DNA from: the human T2T-CHM13v2.0 reference genome, Homo sapiens
NCBI RefSeq assembly: GCF_009914755.1
Contig: NC_060941.1
Strand: one strand, 5' to 3'
Length of the DNA stretch: 64,000 nucleotides
The notes beneath the pieces are model-generated. The model was given only the letters and a program-made list of their open reading frames with translations. It was not told the DNA's origin and did not search any database. Below, in pieces: positions 27,731 through 46,892 of the stretch. Numbering within the stretch: position 1 is the first letter of the stretch; every line of letters begins with the position of its first letter. The translations under genes were made by a program, and so were the position numbers.

Positions 27731-29413
27731 TCTAGCCAGACTGTTTCTCCCAAACTAGTCTCTGCGTGGTTTGGCCGTCTCTCCGTGCTGAAAGTCCCTT
27801 TGAACATCTTGGGTGCCTCTGGGAGTGTTTTCAGATCCGGGTCTTGTTCTGGGTGAAATGTCCGGCCGGCACCCTGCCCCATCGACCGGCAGACAGAGGC
27901 TGCCTTTCACCAGTGGCATCTATGGCCCATGGTGGCCCATTGCCAGGGAGCACAGGGAGCCAAGTCCCGGCCCAGTTCTGCTCCCTGCTACTCCAGGGCT
28001 GATGTGCCTCCCAGGGAACTAAGCATACCAAGTTCCAGGCCCAGCCTTCGCCAGCAGCGATCCTGGGAGGTCGTTGTCCTCCAGTCTTGGTGAGGAGGCT
28101 CTGTCACAGCCTCCCAGGCCAGGTGCTTGACATCAGAGGTCACCTCCTGGGGGCCTTCTCAGGACACCCAATGGGAGCACGTGTGCCGTGCATGCCTGGG
28201 GCTTAGTGGCCCAGGTCTTGAGCTTTATTACAAGGAGATGGAAAAAAGGAGGGGGTTCCTGAGACTGGCATTGCCAGGCCAGGCTTCCCTCATTGAACCC
28301 CCAGGCCCTGAGGTGGAGGCCCATGAGGAAGCAGGCTTAGCGGTCCAGTGACTTGCTGGAGGTCTCAGTGAATGAGTAGCAGAGCAGGCTTCAAACGTGC
28401 CCCCCCCCCCCCCGACCCCGGTGCCAGCACCGTTTCTCACCATGTCACATCCAGGCCCTGGGAGTCCTCCAACCCCGAGGCCCCACGTAGGCAGCAGCCC
28501 TCCTGGGCAGCTGAGTGCAGCTTTCTTCCCATCCCCCTCCCAGTCTGTAAGAGGGTGCCCGGACCTTGCTCTCTCTGAGCCAGGGTCCATGTCGCTATTG
28601 ATTTGGAGGCCGAGAGTGAGGAGGAGGACCCAGGGTTTATAGGGGTGTGCACCGCCCTCTGCCTTCTGGGCGAGGGGCTCCTGGGCCTGTGCCAGGCTTA
28701 GCCTGAGTCAAAGCTTCGTAAGAACCGTGCGTGGTGAGCACTACCGCTCTCTCCAGTTTATGGTTGGGGTGGCCAAGCCTTAGGAGACCATAGATGGGGC
28801 TGCAGGGCCTAGCAGGGTACGTGCTGCTTACAGAGGGCCCCCTCCAGCGAATAGCAGGTCTGGGATTCATACGCTACCATCTGGTCCCAAACCTGTGCCC
28901 TCTGCTGTGCACCTTGCTCTGTGCCCCGACCTGTGCCTCCTGCTGCAGACCGTTTACGGAGGATGTGTGGCTTTCTACTCAGTCCTCTGTGGCAGTCTGC
29001 ATGCGCCTTTATGCATTCTCATAATGGACACAGCACTCCCTTCTATCCGGGGAGGTTTTTTGTCCCTCCTGCTCCAAACCTGGGTTCTCTCCAGACACTG
29101 ACAGAGCCGTGGTGAGGCCTGCAGCCCGGGAAGCCCTGCTTGTCCTCCCCACTGAGTCCCAGCTCACACCCTGTGGTGGCAGGATTCTGGGGGAATCCTC
29201 ATCCAGGTGCAAGAGGGGCAGGTGGCGTGGAGTGTGCTAACAAGCAGAAGAGCTGTCCAAAAGCCGGCTCCTGCAGGAGGTGGGGGCAAAGGACTGGACC
29301 ATCTTAATTACAGCAGGCTGGAGAGATCACAGATGGTGCTGCCTTTCAAGTTCTCTTTGGTTTGTGAAACCTACTTGATGTCTTTTAAGCCTAAGACAAA
29401 GACCAAAAGGAAA

Positions 29414-29505
29414 GGGAGGGAAGGAAGGAGGGAGGGAAGGAGGGAGGGAAGGAGGGAGGGAAGGAGGGAGGGAAGGAGGGAGGGAAGGAGGGAAAGAGGG
29501 AGGGA
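29414..29505. repeat. 12-bp (GGAGGGAGGGAA)n purine repeat
   Basis: About 6-7 copies. Confidence 0.92.
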
Positions 29506-29539
29506 TATGTCCAAGTACAGGGCACACACAGCCCCTCAC

Positions 29540-29731
29540 CTTGGGGTTGGCCTCCAGGTAGTTGTAGAGCACGTTGATGGAGATGGTGAGGTCCCCGTTG
29601 TTGAAGGGGTACGACCGGTTCCAGCCCTGGGCGCCGAACTTGCGCCTCTCTGCCACCACAGCGTGGAAGTAGCACAGGGCGAAGAGCATGCACTTGAACT
29701 CCATCTCCTTGGTGCACATCTCCAGGGTGTC
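29540..29731 (-). CDS. DNAH17: DNAH17 ex75
   Basis: 192 nt; [44 protein letters not shown]...EANPK. Confidence 0.96.
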
Positions 29732-30137
29732 CTGTGGGGCACACGCTCCGGTCAGGTATTAGGGAGAGGGAGAAGTTTACACAGAAATGCCCCTGAGGGT
29801 GACCAGCGTCCAGCCCTTGCCAGATGCTTTGCTAGGGTGGGGGCGGTGGGGGGTACAAAGCTGTGGGCTGTGCAGGTCTCTATCAGACCCGCTGCAAGGA
29901 AAGCTGGGCTGTCATGGCTGAGTACGATCTTCTTGTTCCTTTCAGAAATGCAATTTTATCCCTTTTAAGTACTTAACTACAAGTTGAATTATTGATACTG
30001 CTTCCTAATATCTTCCCAAATCCTGGACATTTCGGGACTACTTTAATACGAAATAATGTTCCTTTGTAATTATCAACATTCCTCATCACTTATGCACAGT
30101 ATCCCAAACTCTAAAAACAACTGGTAAAGTTCCATCA

Positions 30138-30195
30138 GGATGGGGGATGGGATAGAGGATGGGGGATGGGATAGAGGATGGGGGATGGGATGGGG
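30138..30195. repeat. (GGATG)-type low-complexity repeat
   Basis: ggatgggggatgggatagaggatggggg... Confidence 0.75.
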
Positions 30196-31655
30196 TCGCT
30201 TCTCAAACCCTTTCTTTTTATCTGGCTCCAGGGAAGGGAAAACTGAGCCTAAATTGTGACTCCTACGTCTCTGGATTTGTGAGCTTTTACTCATTAACCT
30301 TTGCTACGTAGTGACTCCTGAACACACAGAGGCTTCTGGAAGCCAAGCTGTGCTCCACCTGCTCTACTCAGCGGCTGACGGAGCACCTCTGGGGCCAGGC
30401 ACTCTGTGTGGGGGGAGGGCTTCAGGCACAGTGGCCGAGGATCCCGCTGGGGAGGGACAGATAAGTGCCAGGGGAAGTGTACTGGGTGGATCAAGAGCAG
30501 GGCCCTGTCCTGGGCATCATGGAAAGCCTGGCACAGGCCCCTCTGGCAACATGGACAAGAAGGCGAGCAGCTGGGGTTCCATCACTCGAGTATCCCCTCC
30601 TGGCTGCCTGGGACAGAGACGATGGGCCCAGGAGACTGGCCTGGCCAGTCCTTTTCAGACCTCAGCTCCCTGGGGAGGGCGCTGGCAGTGAACACGTGGA
30701 GAGCCAGAGTGACACCAGCCAATGGGAGACTCACCAGCCCCCAAGGACAAGGGAAGGCCTGGCGGGTGTCACCGTCCATCCATCCTCCAGAGTCCATCCG
30801 ATCCGGTGCTTTTCACCAGCCTACCCGCACTCAGGTCTGGGGCATCATGGACATACAGGTTCCACCCACCACCGCTTCTTCCTGTGGGCCCTTGTTTTCA
30901 GAGGCCCACAGCCCCTCCGAGGCAACTGGTCCCTGAACTTGTGAAGGGTCTCCTTACCCACAGGTCTCAGCTGTCACTCCCTGGCTACCCACCTCCCCAA
31001 CCAGAGATGGGATGAGGTGCCACTCCCGTGTGCTGGCTGGCAGGGCTCCACGCTGGCTGGAAGTGAAGGCCCAGTCCCTGCCTCAGTGCCCCGATCCCTG
31101 TCTGTCGCTGACTGACACTTTGCAAAATACAATAAAACGAAACACCAAAGGAAGAACTGCCCCTGTGCTTGGATTCACAAGTGTCGGGTCGCTGCAGAGT
31201 TTGTTGAGTGCCTCCTGGATTTCTGCGCTGATCTCATACAGACTGGCAGAAACCGTTCCAGGACTGGTGCTGACCTCAGGGCTGCTGTGAGCTGCATGGC
31301 CCCATAGCACCGTGTGTACCCCACGCACTCATCACACTAGGGTGCTGCTTCCAGAACGTATCCTCGCGCCCCTCAGCAGGGTGCAGGCCAAGGCAGGAGG
31401 CGTGTGGTATTGATTGATTGGTTAATAGAACGGGGGACCTATTTTAAACATTTGTTTTTCTGCTTTTTCTTTTACTTTCACACTTTGACAAGGGTGTGTC
31501 CTTTAAAAGCTGGTTGGGAATTGTTAATGGGTGACTCTGATATTTCCATATAAGTAGTTTTTAAAAATGTATCAGGCATGGAAGCCACACATTCATGGAC
31601 CGATACACCCCATAAGTAGATCTTTGTTAAGTGTTATAGAATGATACAGGGTGTT

Positions 31656-32598
<943 letters not shown>

Positions 32599-33143
32599 CT
32601 AGCTAGCTGTGTTTTGCCAGCTGTTCCTGCTGATGGTGGGTCAGAGGGGGGCTGAAGGCAAGGAAACCTGGTCACAGATCCAGAGCCTCAGCGAGTACAG
32701 CAACCCCATCTACCCTGGTTGCCCATAGCCTCCAGCAGTGGGGCTCTGTACTCCCAGGAAAGCTGACCAGCCTCCAGGGAGTACCCCACGGAGCTTGGCC
32801 CCATTTCCAAGGACCAGTCATGACGTGTTCCATGCTCTTTAAACACAATGGACAGCATCTACCAGCCCTCATTTGCAGGTTCATAGAACTGATTAAAAAC
32901 TATGTGTTTCTGCATCTACAGCTTTAAGTAATAAATAGTGCCAGAGCACCTTAAATTATTTGCATTTTTCCGTCTTTTAGAAATACATTGATTTTGACTG
33001 CGAGGGGTGTGTGGACAGGGGAAGCCCAGAGGGGAGGTGTCCCCAGAGTTCAGAGCGGTCCTCAGTGGTCCTCGGGGCCCCAAGGGATGGATGCCAGGCC
33101 GTGGCGTGGGATGGGGAGGCAGCCCGAGCAGGCGTGGCCCTAC

Positions 33144-33371
33144 CTGGGTGAACAGGTCCAGGGCCTTGTGCAAGTTGGCGTGCATGCCCGTGGGGGGCTC
33201 GTTGGTGATCTTGATGGCGTTCTCCAGAATGCCCTGGGGGATGATGTGGGTCTCGGGGCTGGGGGCAGGCTCCGCGCTGATGAACACCCGGTAGTCCTCA
33301 TGGCTGCCCGTGCTGTAGCGCTCCAGCTTCTTGTCCAGTGTTCCCAGCCACCGGGCCACCAGGTGGATATT
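33144..33371 (-). CDS. DNAH17: DNAH17 ex74 (AAA6)
   Basis: 228 nt; NIHLVARWL...[23 protein letters not shown]. Confidence 0.96.
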
Positions 33372-33921
33372 CTGCAGCCAAGACTAGAGGCTGGTTACAC
33401 ACTTTGCCCAGCTCCTGGCCCACGAGGAGAGACTGGCACGTGGCTATGTTCCCTGGTGAGGGCAGGGCTCTTCTGCCAGCACCCCACACTTGCCTGGTGC
33501 TGGCACTGCCCCACCCCTCACCTGTCCACCCTAACCAGGTGCTGGGCATGCCAGGATGTCTTCGGCGAAGCAACTGAGGCCCCAGAATCTATTTTTGTGT
33601 TCAATGAATTGCAAACCTCCAGCCTTACGGTGAGTCCTTTGTGTCCTCCCTGGCATAAGGCTGAGATTCTGTGGTCCCCACCCCTCCTCTTGAAGCTGAG
33701 GGCTTCCCACCGGGGCCAGGCTTAGCCCTGTGGATTGAGGTCGACACACACTGTAAGACCCGTGGAAGCTGGGACAGGCCCAGAGGCGCTCGAGGACAAG
33801 CGGTAGTGAGAAGGGGTCTTGGATGGGCTCCAGGGCTGAGGAGGGGTGGTCGTGCTAGCGTTGAACCAAATGTGCAGAGAGCATCTCCTGGGCGCTCTGG
33901 GCTTTGCTGCCTGCCCCAAGT

Positions 33922-34967
33922 GAGGAGAAGGAGGAGGAGGAGGAGGAGGAGGAGGAGGAGGGAGGAGGGAGGAGGAGGAGGAGGAGGGAGGAGGGAGGAG
34001 GAGGAGGAGGAGGGAGGAGGAGGAGGGAGGAGGAGGAGAGGGAGGAGGAGGAGGAGGAGGGAGGAGGAGGAGGGAGGAGGAGGAGGGAGGAGGAGGAGGG
34101 AGGAGGGAGGAGGAGGAGGAGGAGGGAGGAGGAGGGGAGGAGGAGGGGGAGGAGGAGGGAGGAGGAGGGGGAGGAGGAGGGGAGGAGGAGGGGAGGAGGA
34201 GGGGGGAGGAGGAGGGAGGAGGGGGAGGAGGAGGAGGAGGAGGAGGGAGGAGGAGGGAGGAGGAGGAGGGAGGAGGGAGGGAGGAGGAGGGAGGAGGAGG
34301 AGGGAGGAGGGAGGAGGAGGAGGGAGGAGGAGGAGGAGGAGGGAGGAGGGAGGAGGAGGAGGGAGGGGAGGAGGGAGGAGGAGGGAGGGAGGAGGAGGGA
34401 GGAGGAGGAGGGAGGAGGAGGAGGGAGGAGGAGGAGGGAGGAGGAGGAGGGAGGAGGAGGAGGGAGGAGGAGGAGGAGGGAGGAGGAGGAGGAGGGAGGA
34501 GGGAGGAGGAGGAGGGAGGAGGAGGAGGAGGAGGAGGAGGGAGGAGGAGGAGGAGGAGGAGGGAGGAGGAGGAGGAGGAGGAGGGAGGAGGAGGAGGAGG
34601 AGGAGGGAGGAGGAGGAGGAGGAGGAGGAGGGAGGAGGGAGGAGGAGGGAGGAGGAGGGAGGAGGGAGGAGGAGGAGGAGGGAGGAGGAGGAGGAGGAGG
34701 AGGGAGGGAGGAGGAGGAGGGAGGAGGAGGAGGGAGGAGGAGGAGGGAGAGGAGGAGGGAGAGGAGGAGGGAGGAGGGAGGAGGGAGGAGGGGAGGAGGA
34801 GGAGGGAGGAGGAGGAGGAGGAGGAGGAGGAGGAGGAGGAGGAGGAGGGGGAGGAGGGAGGAGGAGGAGGAGGAGGAGAGGGAGGAGGGAGGAGGAGGAG
34901 GAGGAGGAGGAGGAGGGAGGAGGAGGAGGGAGGAGGAGGAGGAGGAGGAGGGAGGAGGAGGAGGAGA
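33922..34967. repeat. 1046-nt pure-purine degenerate (GGA)n tract
   Basis: Only A and G on the + strand; GGA runs punctuated by extra G. Confidence 0.98.
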
Positions 34968-34995
34968 TGCTTTTGTCAACCCAGCACTTGTCATC

Positions 34996-35295
34996 TTTTT
35001 TTTTTATTTTTTTGAGATGGAGTCTCACTCTGTCGCCCGGGCTGGAGTGCAGTGGTGCACTCTTGGCTCACTGCAACCTCTGCCTCCCCGGGTTCAAGCG
35101 ATTTTCCTGCCTCAGCCTCCCAAGTAGTTGAGGTTACAGGCATGTGCCAGCACACTTGGCTAATTTTTGTATTTTTAGTAGAGACAGGGTTTCGCCATGT
35201 TGGTCAGGCTGGTCTCGAACTCCTGACCTCAGGTGATCCGCCTGCCTTGGCCTCCCAAAGTGCTGGGCCTACAGGTGTGAGCCACCGTGCCCAAC
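34996..35295 (-). mobile_element. AluS
   Basis: Full Alu. Confidence 0.92.
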
Positions 35296-35587
35296 CATCT
35301 GTTGTTTAAATAATCTCTGTTTGGGGTACTCTCGTATAAAGCCCAGCTTCCCTCTCACCGTTGAAGAATCCACGCTTTCCTCTGGGCAGTCATGGCGTGC
35401 CACACCACCCAGCTGACCCCAGCAGAGCCGACACTGGGGATGCCTCCTCCTTCAGTGGTGTTAGGATTTCCACCCACATTTCTGAATGCAAACTCCACAT
35501 CCTGCTTCCTTCCGGGCCTTCTGGCCCATCCCCATTGGCCACCTCAGTGCGGGGAGCCCTTACCCTGCAGTGCTGGCCCCCTCGTAC

Positions 35588-35715
35588 CTGCAGAATGACC
35601 CAGTGTCCTTTCTCTGCAGCCACGTCCAGGGCGTTCTCAGCCACCACCTCTTGTCCCTGCCCCAGGGACACATTATGGAGTTTTCCATTGTCTATGGTAA
35701 ACCCTAGTTTTTTTC
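35588..35715 (-). CDS. DNAH17: DNAH17 ex73 (AAA6)
   Basis: 128 nt; [26 protein letters not shown]...GHWVILQ. Confidence 0.96.
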
Positions 35716-35814
35716 CTAAAGAAAAGAAAAACAGGAAAAAAACACCACGTAATTAAATGACACAGGTTCAGGCTCTGTGATCTACAGCCAGGAATTCCAC
35801 ATGCCTCCCTCATT

Positions 35815-37500
<1,686 letters not shown>

Positions 37501-37549
37501 TGCTGACAATACTCCGTCTTTGAGAACATCACTTGCCTGCTACACTTAC

Positions 37550-37698
37550 CCAGGGCTTCCACGTCTTTCAAGGGGTCAACCCCCGGGGAGAGGATGAAGA
37601 AGATTGACGTGGAGGGGCTGCTCTCCTCGTAGGACTTAGAAAACTCAACACTCCGGCCTTCCACGAACTTGCTGCCCATCTTTTCCTCCACGAAGTTC
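37550..37698 (-). CDS. DNAH17: DNAH17 ex72
   Basis: 149 nt; [13 protein letters not shown]...[18 protein letters not shown]. Confidence 0.96.
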
Positions 37699-38302
37699 CT
37701 AGGGGTGGAGTGCATCAGAGGCAGCGGAACCTGAGGCTCTGGGCCAGGGCGGGGCGCTCGGGGTGGGCTGTGGCCCAGGCAGGGGGGCCATTTTTTGGTG
37801 GACTTTCTTCAGCGGGACAAGGCCTGTGGCAGGAGAGCAGAGTCTTTACCGGGCTTTCCTTTCTGCGAGGGATTGGCCTTGTTTGCCTCGGGCACCCTTT
37901 CTTTCCCGAGGGGCCCCGCACTGTGCTCCTCCTTGGAGCAGCCTAAGCAGGTGCAGGGAGAGGCCAGCCTTGGAAGGCACCCAGGGTCAACTGCGGGGGG
38001 TGGGGGCGCTGAGAAGGAAGGAAGTTCAGATTAGAGCAAAGCTTTGGTGAGCCTAAAAAAGTCAAAGAAAAAAGCAACTTCAGATGATATAAACACCTCT
38101 CTCTACAAAAGCCCCCAACTCTTTCTAACATGACCCCAATAAGTCTGGGGTCAGTCGGGGTCTCGGCTAATCCTCCCATGGAGGACCGAGTGATGTTCTG
38201 GCAGTCTTTGGATCAGGTGTTGGCCTTTCTTCTGTGATCACAGAGGGCTGAGCTTACTGTAATGTATAAAGAATGAATCACCTGAGCTAAGATTAGTAAA
38301 CT

Positions 38303-38595
<293 letters not shown>

Positions 38596-40019
38596 TTAGT
38601 AAGATTTTAGTGGCCAGCTGGTCTCTGAAAGGAGGACAAATGGCCGCATCCCGAAGGGTGAGAACTGCTCGTCCCTGGGCAGGTGAACGCCCGAGTGCTC
38701 TGAGAGTCTGGGTCGACTTTCAGAAGGCTCTGCTCACACTCATGCCACCCAGCACACCTCAGCTCCTCTGGTTCAACCAGCAATCAGCCGGCTATTGCCT
38801 GTCCATGCCCTTGGGACTTTCTGGGGACACCTGGATCTGCTATTCCTTTCCCTGCACTGGCCTTTGCTGGCTTGTCTCTGGTGTCCTGAACTGGGGCCAG
38901 CCTCAGGCAAGGGTGGGGAGGAGTTGCTCCTCCTGAAGGCCCCCAATTCTTTTTGGAACTCTGGAATGGCCTCAGACCCTAGATGCTGTGATCCTTGTCT
39001 AGGAAGGAACTTCCAGAACATATGAAGTCCTGCCCCTAGGCAGGAATGACTCTAGATCACCTTTGCTAATTACTTGGCCAGGCCAAATGGTCATCGGCTG
39101 TGGATGAATTAATGATGCAGAAGCATGCAGGCTGGGTTGCTCAGACCTCACCACCTCTGACATGGTGGCTTTGACAAAGGAGTGCTGGAGCCGGCTGGTG
39201 ACAGCTTTCAGCAGACCCCGGCAACTAGTGCAACCGGCCACAGAGGAAGCACTTACGCCATGGAAATTGGCACATGCTGTGCGTCAGGGTTTGTGTTGCG
39301 CACGTGGGGGTGGCCTGGCCTGCCCTCCCAGTGCCTGTGACCTGAGTGTGGAAGTGCTCCCGCGGCTGTCAGTGCTTGCAACAGTGCCTGACACGAGACA
39401 CCCTTGGCCAGTGCTGGCTTTGTTATTAGTCACGTCTGTTTCAATCTCCTTGCTTTTAAGTGACCCCCTCCCTATACAATCAGGGCAGTAAATCTGCTTT
39501 GCTCCACGTCATAGAAATGTGAAACACGTCAATGCTGAGGGATGATCTGCGCTCATGGGTGTTTGGGATGGTCCAAGGCCACCGCAGAGCACGCAAATGC
39601 TTCCGCAGTGGGTGGCTGTTTCCTTCTTTTAGGTGGCCAGAGTGCAGTCACACAGGCTAACTTAGGCGATTCTCAGAAGCTCTCAGGAGATGGGGAAGGT
39701 CACCTCACCTCATCCTCTAGACGAGGAATCGGATGCACACTGGGTCTTGTGACCCAAACATGCTGCACACTCCCACAGGAGAGGGTGATCCCGCTGCGAT
39801 GGCCGAGGGACCTTTACCTTGGCCTTTCCCAAACCCTGACCCCCGCTTCCTCCAGCTCTGACCCTGGGACACAGCTGGCATTCTCCCTGGACCTCGCTGC
39901 TCTCCTGCATCACAGTGACTTCTGGCTTCATTCCACCCCCTCCTCCCCACCACTCCCGGTCCCTGTCCTCTCCTATCGGAGGAAAACAAGGCAAAACTAA
40001 ACTCAGTCCTGGGAGTTAG

Positions 40020-40331
<312 letters not shown>

Positions 40332-41097
40332 ATCAGAGGGTAATTCTATTAGGGACATGAGTGTCCTTTGGGAAACCTGGCTGCTTTCAGGTTACTTGGA
40401 GAAATGAAAAGGGGAGAAGCCAGACAGGCCACAGGTGCTCTGAGGACAGACCCCAGGCTCGTTTCTGTGCTAAACGTCACCTCCTTCCTTCAACAGCCCA
40501 TCCTTCCAACAGGGAAGGGTTTCAGGTCTGGAGAAATTGTTGGTGAAATCAGAACAGTTCTCTTGCAAACTAGCCATACTAATATACCTCGATTGACTTT
40601 ACGTTTTGCCACAGAGGTACTCAAAGTCCTCGAATGCTGATGGGTTTGCCATTGTTTTCTCCCTCAAAACATCTTAAAAGGACCCCATTTGTATGGCCTC
40701 AGTGCTTATTCACGTCCACACTTGACATCTTACTTTCAATGTAGGAGGCTCATGTGGGGAGTCTTTTCTTCCTATCATGTATCGCAGGGCACCCCTCCTC
40801 AGTCAGGTTAGCGGGGGACAAGGGGTTCCCCTAATGATACTCTGAGACATTAAGGATTAACAAGAACTCAGGACTGGAGTCCGCAGCCTGGGGTGGAATC
40901 CTGCCTCTGTCCTCGAAGAACTTTGTGTGAAATGATTTACCCCTCTAAGCCCTGTTTCGTTTCTGTGTAAAATGGGGAGAAGAAAAAAGTTCAGGGGATC
41001 AACTCAAGTCCACAGAGAGTCTAGCACAGCCGCTCGGTCAAGCTTCCATCAGGCCTGGGCCTCGGGGGCGGGGCCCCCGGCGCGGCGGGACACTCAC

Positions 41098-41291
41098 TTG
41101 ATAGCGTAGGTCATGCGATCTGGCCGCAGGCAGCGCACCATGCACAGCTTCTGCAGGGCCGTCTTGTTCTTCCACTCCTTGGGGAAGATCTCCTTCTCGG
41201 GGGCTTCCGACTCCACCAGCTTTTTCCAGCGCTTGGCAGATCCTTCGATGTCACTGTCCAGATTTTTGAACTCATCCATCTCCGAGAGGGC
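41098..41291 (-). CDS. DNAH17: DNAH17 ex71
   Basis: 194 nt; ALSEMDEFKNLDSDIEGSAKRW...CLRPDRMTYAI. Confidence 0.96.
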
Positions 41292-42051
41292 CTAGGGGCA
41301 GAGGCAGCGGGCCCTGTGACTCTTCCCACTTACCCGGGTCCCGAGAGCCTTCCTGTACAGTTCATTCAAGGAGGAGAGGCCATTACCCTCCGAGGAAACC
41401 GGGGCTCTGGGATAAGGAAGCCCGAGAGGCTGGCCACCAAAGCAGGAGCTGTCCATGCCCAGCTCAGGCATCCCAGGACAGCGCCGGGAGCCTCCTCGGC
41501 AGGGTCTAACCTGCGGACATGAGGCCTGGGATGGGCTAGGGGCTGCTTCTCTAGGGGTCTCTGCAAATGGGGCCATTCTAGCTCAGGGGACGACCTTCTT
41601 CAGGTCTTTTTGAACAGACCTTGAGACTCGAGGGTCCCTGACTGTGTCCAGGAATCTGAAGAACAAACTTTTCACTTGCCACTTCCCTTACGCTGGGAGG
41701 AGGGGAGGCTGGGGGGAGGAGGGGAGGCTGGGGGGAGGAGGAGAGGTTGAGGGAGGGATGGTAAGAGGCCCTGAGGCCTCTTCTGGCCCCCAGAGGATAT
41801 CACTCTCTGCTTGCTGTGTGCAGGTCTCAGGGACCTAACACATGTCACATTCCCTATAGGAACGCAGAGCTATCTGTGAGCTGGCAGCCAGCCCATCTTG
41901 GTCTCCATCCCTATGTGCGGGGCCTCCTTGCTTTACTGAATTTATGGGCCACAGAGCCTGGTATTCTGGCCTTGGAAACATCCGCAGCATCAGCTGGAGG
42001 GGGCTCCACGGCGGGGAGAAAGCACAACGTGTTCAACGTCTAAAGACGAAC

Positions 42052-42174
42052 CTTGATCCCGCCCCAGCCTTGATGCTGGAGGAAGTCCACTGGTGAGACC
42101 ACTCCGGCCTTAAAAGGGAACCGCAGGAGGAAATCCAGCTCCACTGGGTTCAGCTCCTTCTTCATGGACAGGAC
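42052..42174 (-). CDS. DNAH17: DNAH17 ex70
   Basis: 123 nt; VLSMKKELNPVELDFLLRFP...WGGIK. Confidence 0.95.
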
Positions 42175-42339
42175 CTGGGGGAACATCGAGGTGTACACAC
42201 TTAACGCAGCCAGTAAAACGTCAGCAGCCCTGAAGATGCGCGCTGGACTCGAAGAGGAGTTCACACTCCCGGCCTGCAGGGGGCGCCCTGTCCTGCCCCT
42301 TTGGTTTGGGGTAAAGTTTTGTCTTCACCTCGTCTCGCT

Positions 42340-43860
<1,521 letters not shown>

Positions 43861-44329
43861 ATCTTGTCGCTTGTGCATGCCGGCCCTCTGGACCTCCTGT
43901 GGGCAGGGTCTGGGTCATTTTGAAGTGGTGTATTGGGCAGCTAACCTGGCACCCTCTGTCTCAGATGGGCAGCAGGTGGCTGGGAGCAGGGGCAATGGCC
44001 ACTGCCATCTCCTCAGTCAAGTGCCCAAACGGTCTGTTTTTCAGATCCCATAGAGAGTTTCTTCCTGAGCTGGACTCTTTCTTTTGGTCAAACAAAACGT
44101 TCTTTGGGACCAAAGAGAATGCTTTCTACCCTGGAAAATTAGGGGGAGCACTGAGGAACTCTTATCCTGATGACCTCTCAGCCAGGAGAAAATCTCATAG
44201 TGAACCTATGATTCAGAGATTCACATGTAAAAGGAACCTTCATAATATGGACCCCATTGGTTCAAAGTTTGAGTTTGAATTGAAAGCCAGGCTTACACTG
44301 ATGCCCAACCTGTTTATACAATTAGTGTT

Positions 44330-45052
<723 letters not shown>

Positions 45053-45106
45053 ACTAGTGTTTCCAACCATACTTATGGCACAGTGTAAAGGAAATTGCAG
45101 AGGGGC

Positions 45107-45461
45107 TGTACTATGGTTTGAATGTGTTCCCCAAAAAGCATATGTTGGAAACTGAATCCTCAGTGCAACAGTGTTGGGAGGTGGGGTCTGAGAGGCAGTT
45201 GGGCCGTGACAGCAGAGTGAATGGCTTAATGTCATGATCAAGGGAGTGGGTTTGTTACACAAGGAGTTTGGCCTGTTTTGTGCTCTCTCTCGCCCTCTAG
45301 CCTTCCACCATGGGATGACACAGCAAGAAGGCCCTTGCCAGATGCCAGCACTTTCATATGGAACTTCCCAGACCCCAGGACCATGAGAAATAAATTTCTA
45401 TTGTTTATAGATTACTCAGCCTTGGGTATTCTGTTATAGCCGCACAAAACAAATTAAGACA
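45107..45461. mobile_element. MaLR solo LTR (MST-like)
   Basis: tgtactatggtttgaatgtgttcccc...ctgttatagccgcacaaaacaaattaagaca; TG...CA ends, ~355 bp. Confidence 0.8.
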
Positions 45462-45863
45462 GGCTGTTTAATCAATTTCAGAGAATGCAGATCTTTAAAT
45501 ATTTTAGCAGGGCTGTATAAACAGGAGGAATATTTGTTTATTCATACACTTATTTCTTAAGAAACATCAGTCACCCCACAGTGGGCTAAGCACTAATGCA
45601 GGACTATTTACTCAGCACAACTTACATGTAAAATGAATTTCCTTGTGAAATTCTCCTTAAAACACCACCCCTTCACTAGCTCCCATTGGAATACTGTGCC
45701 AGCTTCCCAAATATCAACTAGGAGAGCCCCAGGCCTGTTCCACGTCAGGCATCTCAGACTTTATAATCACCTGGGTATATTGCTAAAATGCGGGTTTGAA
45801 ATCACCAGGTTTGGGTGGGGGCCCAACAATCTGCCTTTCCACAAAGCTCCCAGGGGTCAGTGA

Positions 45864-46474
<611 letters not shown>

Positions 46475-46751
46475 TCCAGTTTGTTTTGATTGGGTTGTGA
46501 GTGCCTGGAGGCACCAGGGGAAGAGCAGGGAGGAGGGAGCAGCTCATACCCTCTCCTGGGGAGAATGGGTGTAGGACTGATGGGGGCCCCTGGCTCCCCC
46601 TCTTCCAGCTCCATCTGCAGGCTGGACCAGGTCTGCCCTCTGAGGGTGGCCCTGGCACTGCCCGATGGCTGTGTGGGCAACAGGCCTGGCTGTGGAGCCC
46701 AGATGCAGCCCCACCTTGAGGGAGGCACCCAGCCCCAGCTGCAGGGCGCAC

Positions 46752-46892
46752 CTTGAGGGAGAACTGGTAGACGGGGTTGATTTTGTTGAGATCGTTCAGT
46801 ATGAAGTAGAGCAGAGATGCCCTCTCCGCAGCCGGGCGGTAGTTCTCTCTCGCTTCGTTGATTTTAACTTCTGTGATTTTTGCCTCCACCAC
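46752..46892 (-). CDS. DNAH17: DNAH17 ex68 (GAG acceptor)
   Basis: 141 nt; [30 protein letters not shown]...YQFSLK. Confidence 0.93.

Noticed and set aside
28400-28413. C14 homopolymer
   Set aside because: An isolated mononucleotide run with no supporting context.
29207-29968. 253-aa + strand ORF, and similar ORFs such as 32988-33725
   Set aside because: Antisense shadows of GC-rich DNAH17 exons plus simple repeats; no recognisable domain.
33625-35131. Four ORFs of 379-486 aa (poly-R/E/G and poly-P/S/L)
   Set aside because: A purine-only or pyrimidine-only tract cannot contain stop codons, so open frames are automatic. The ORFs begin or end in or next to Alu sequence and there is no promoter or splice evidence.
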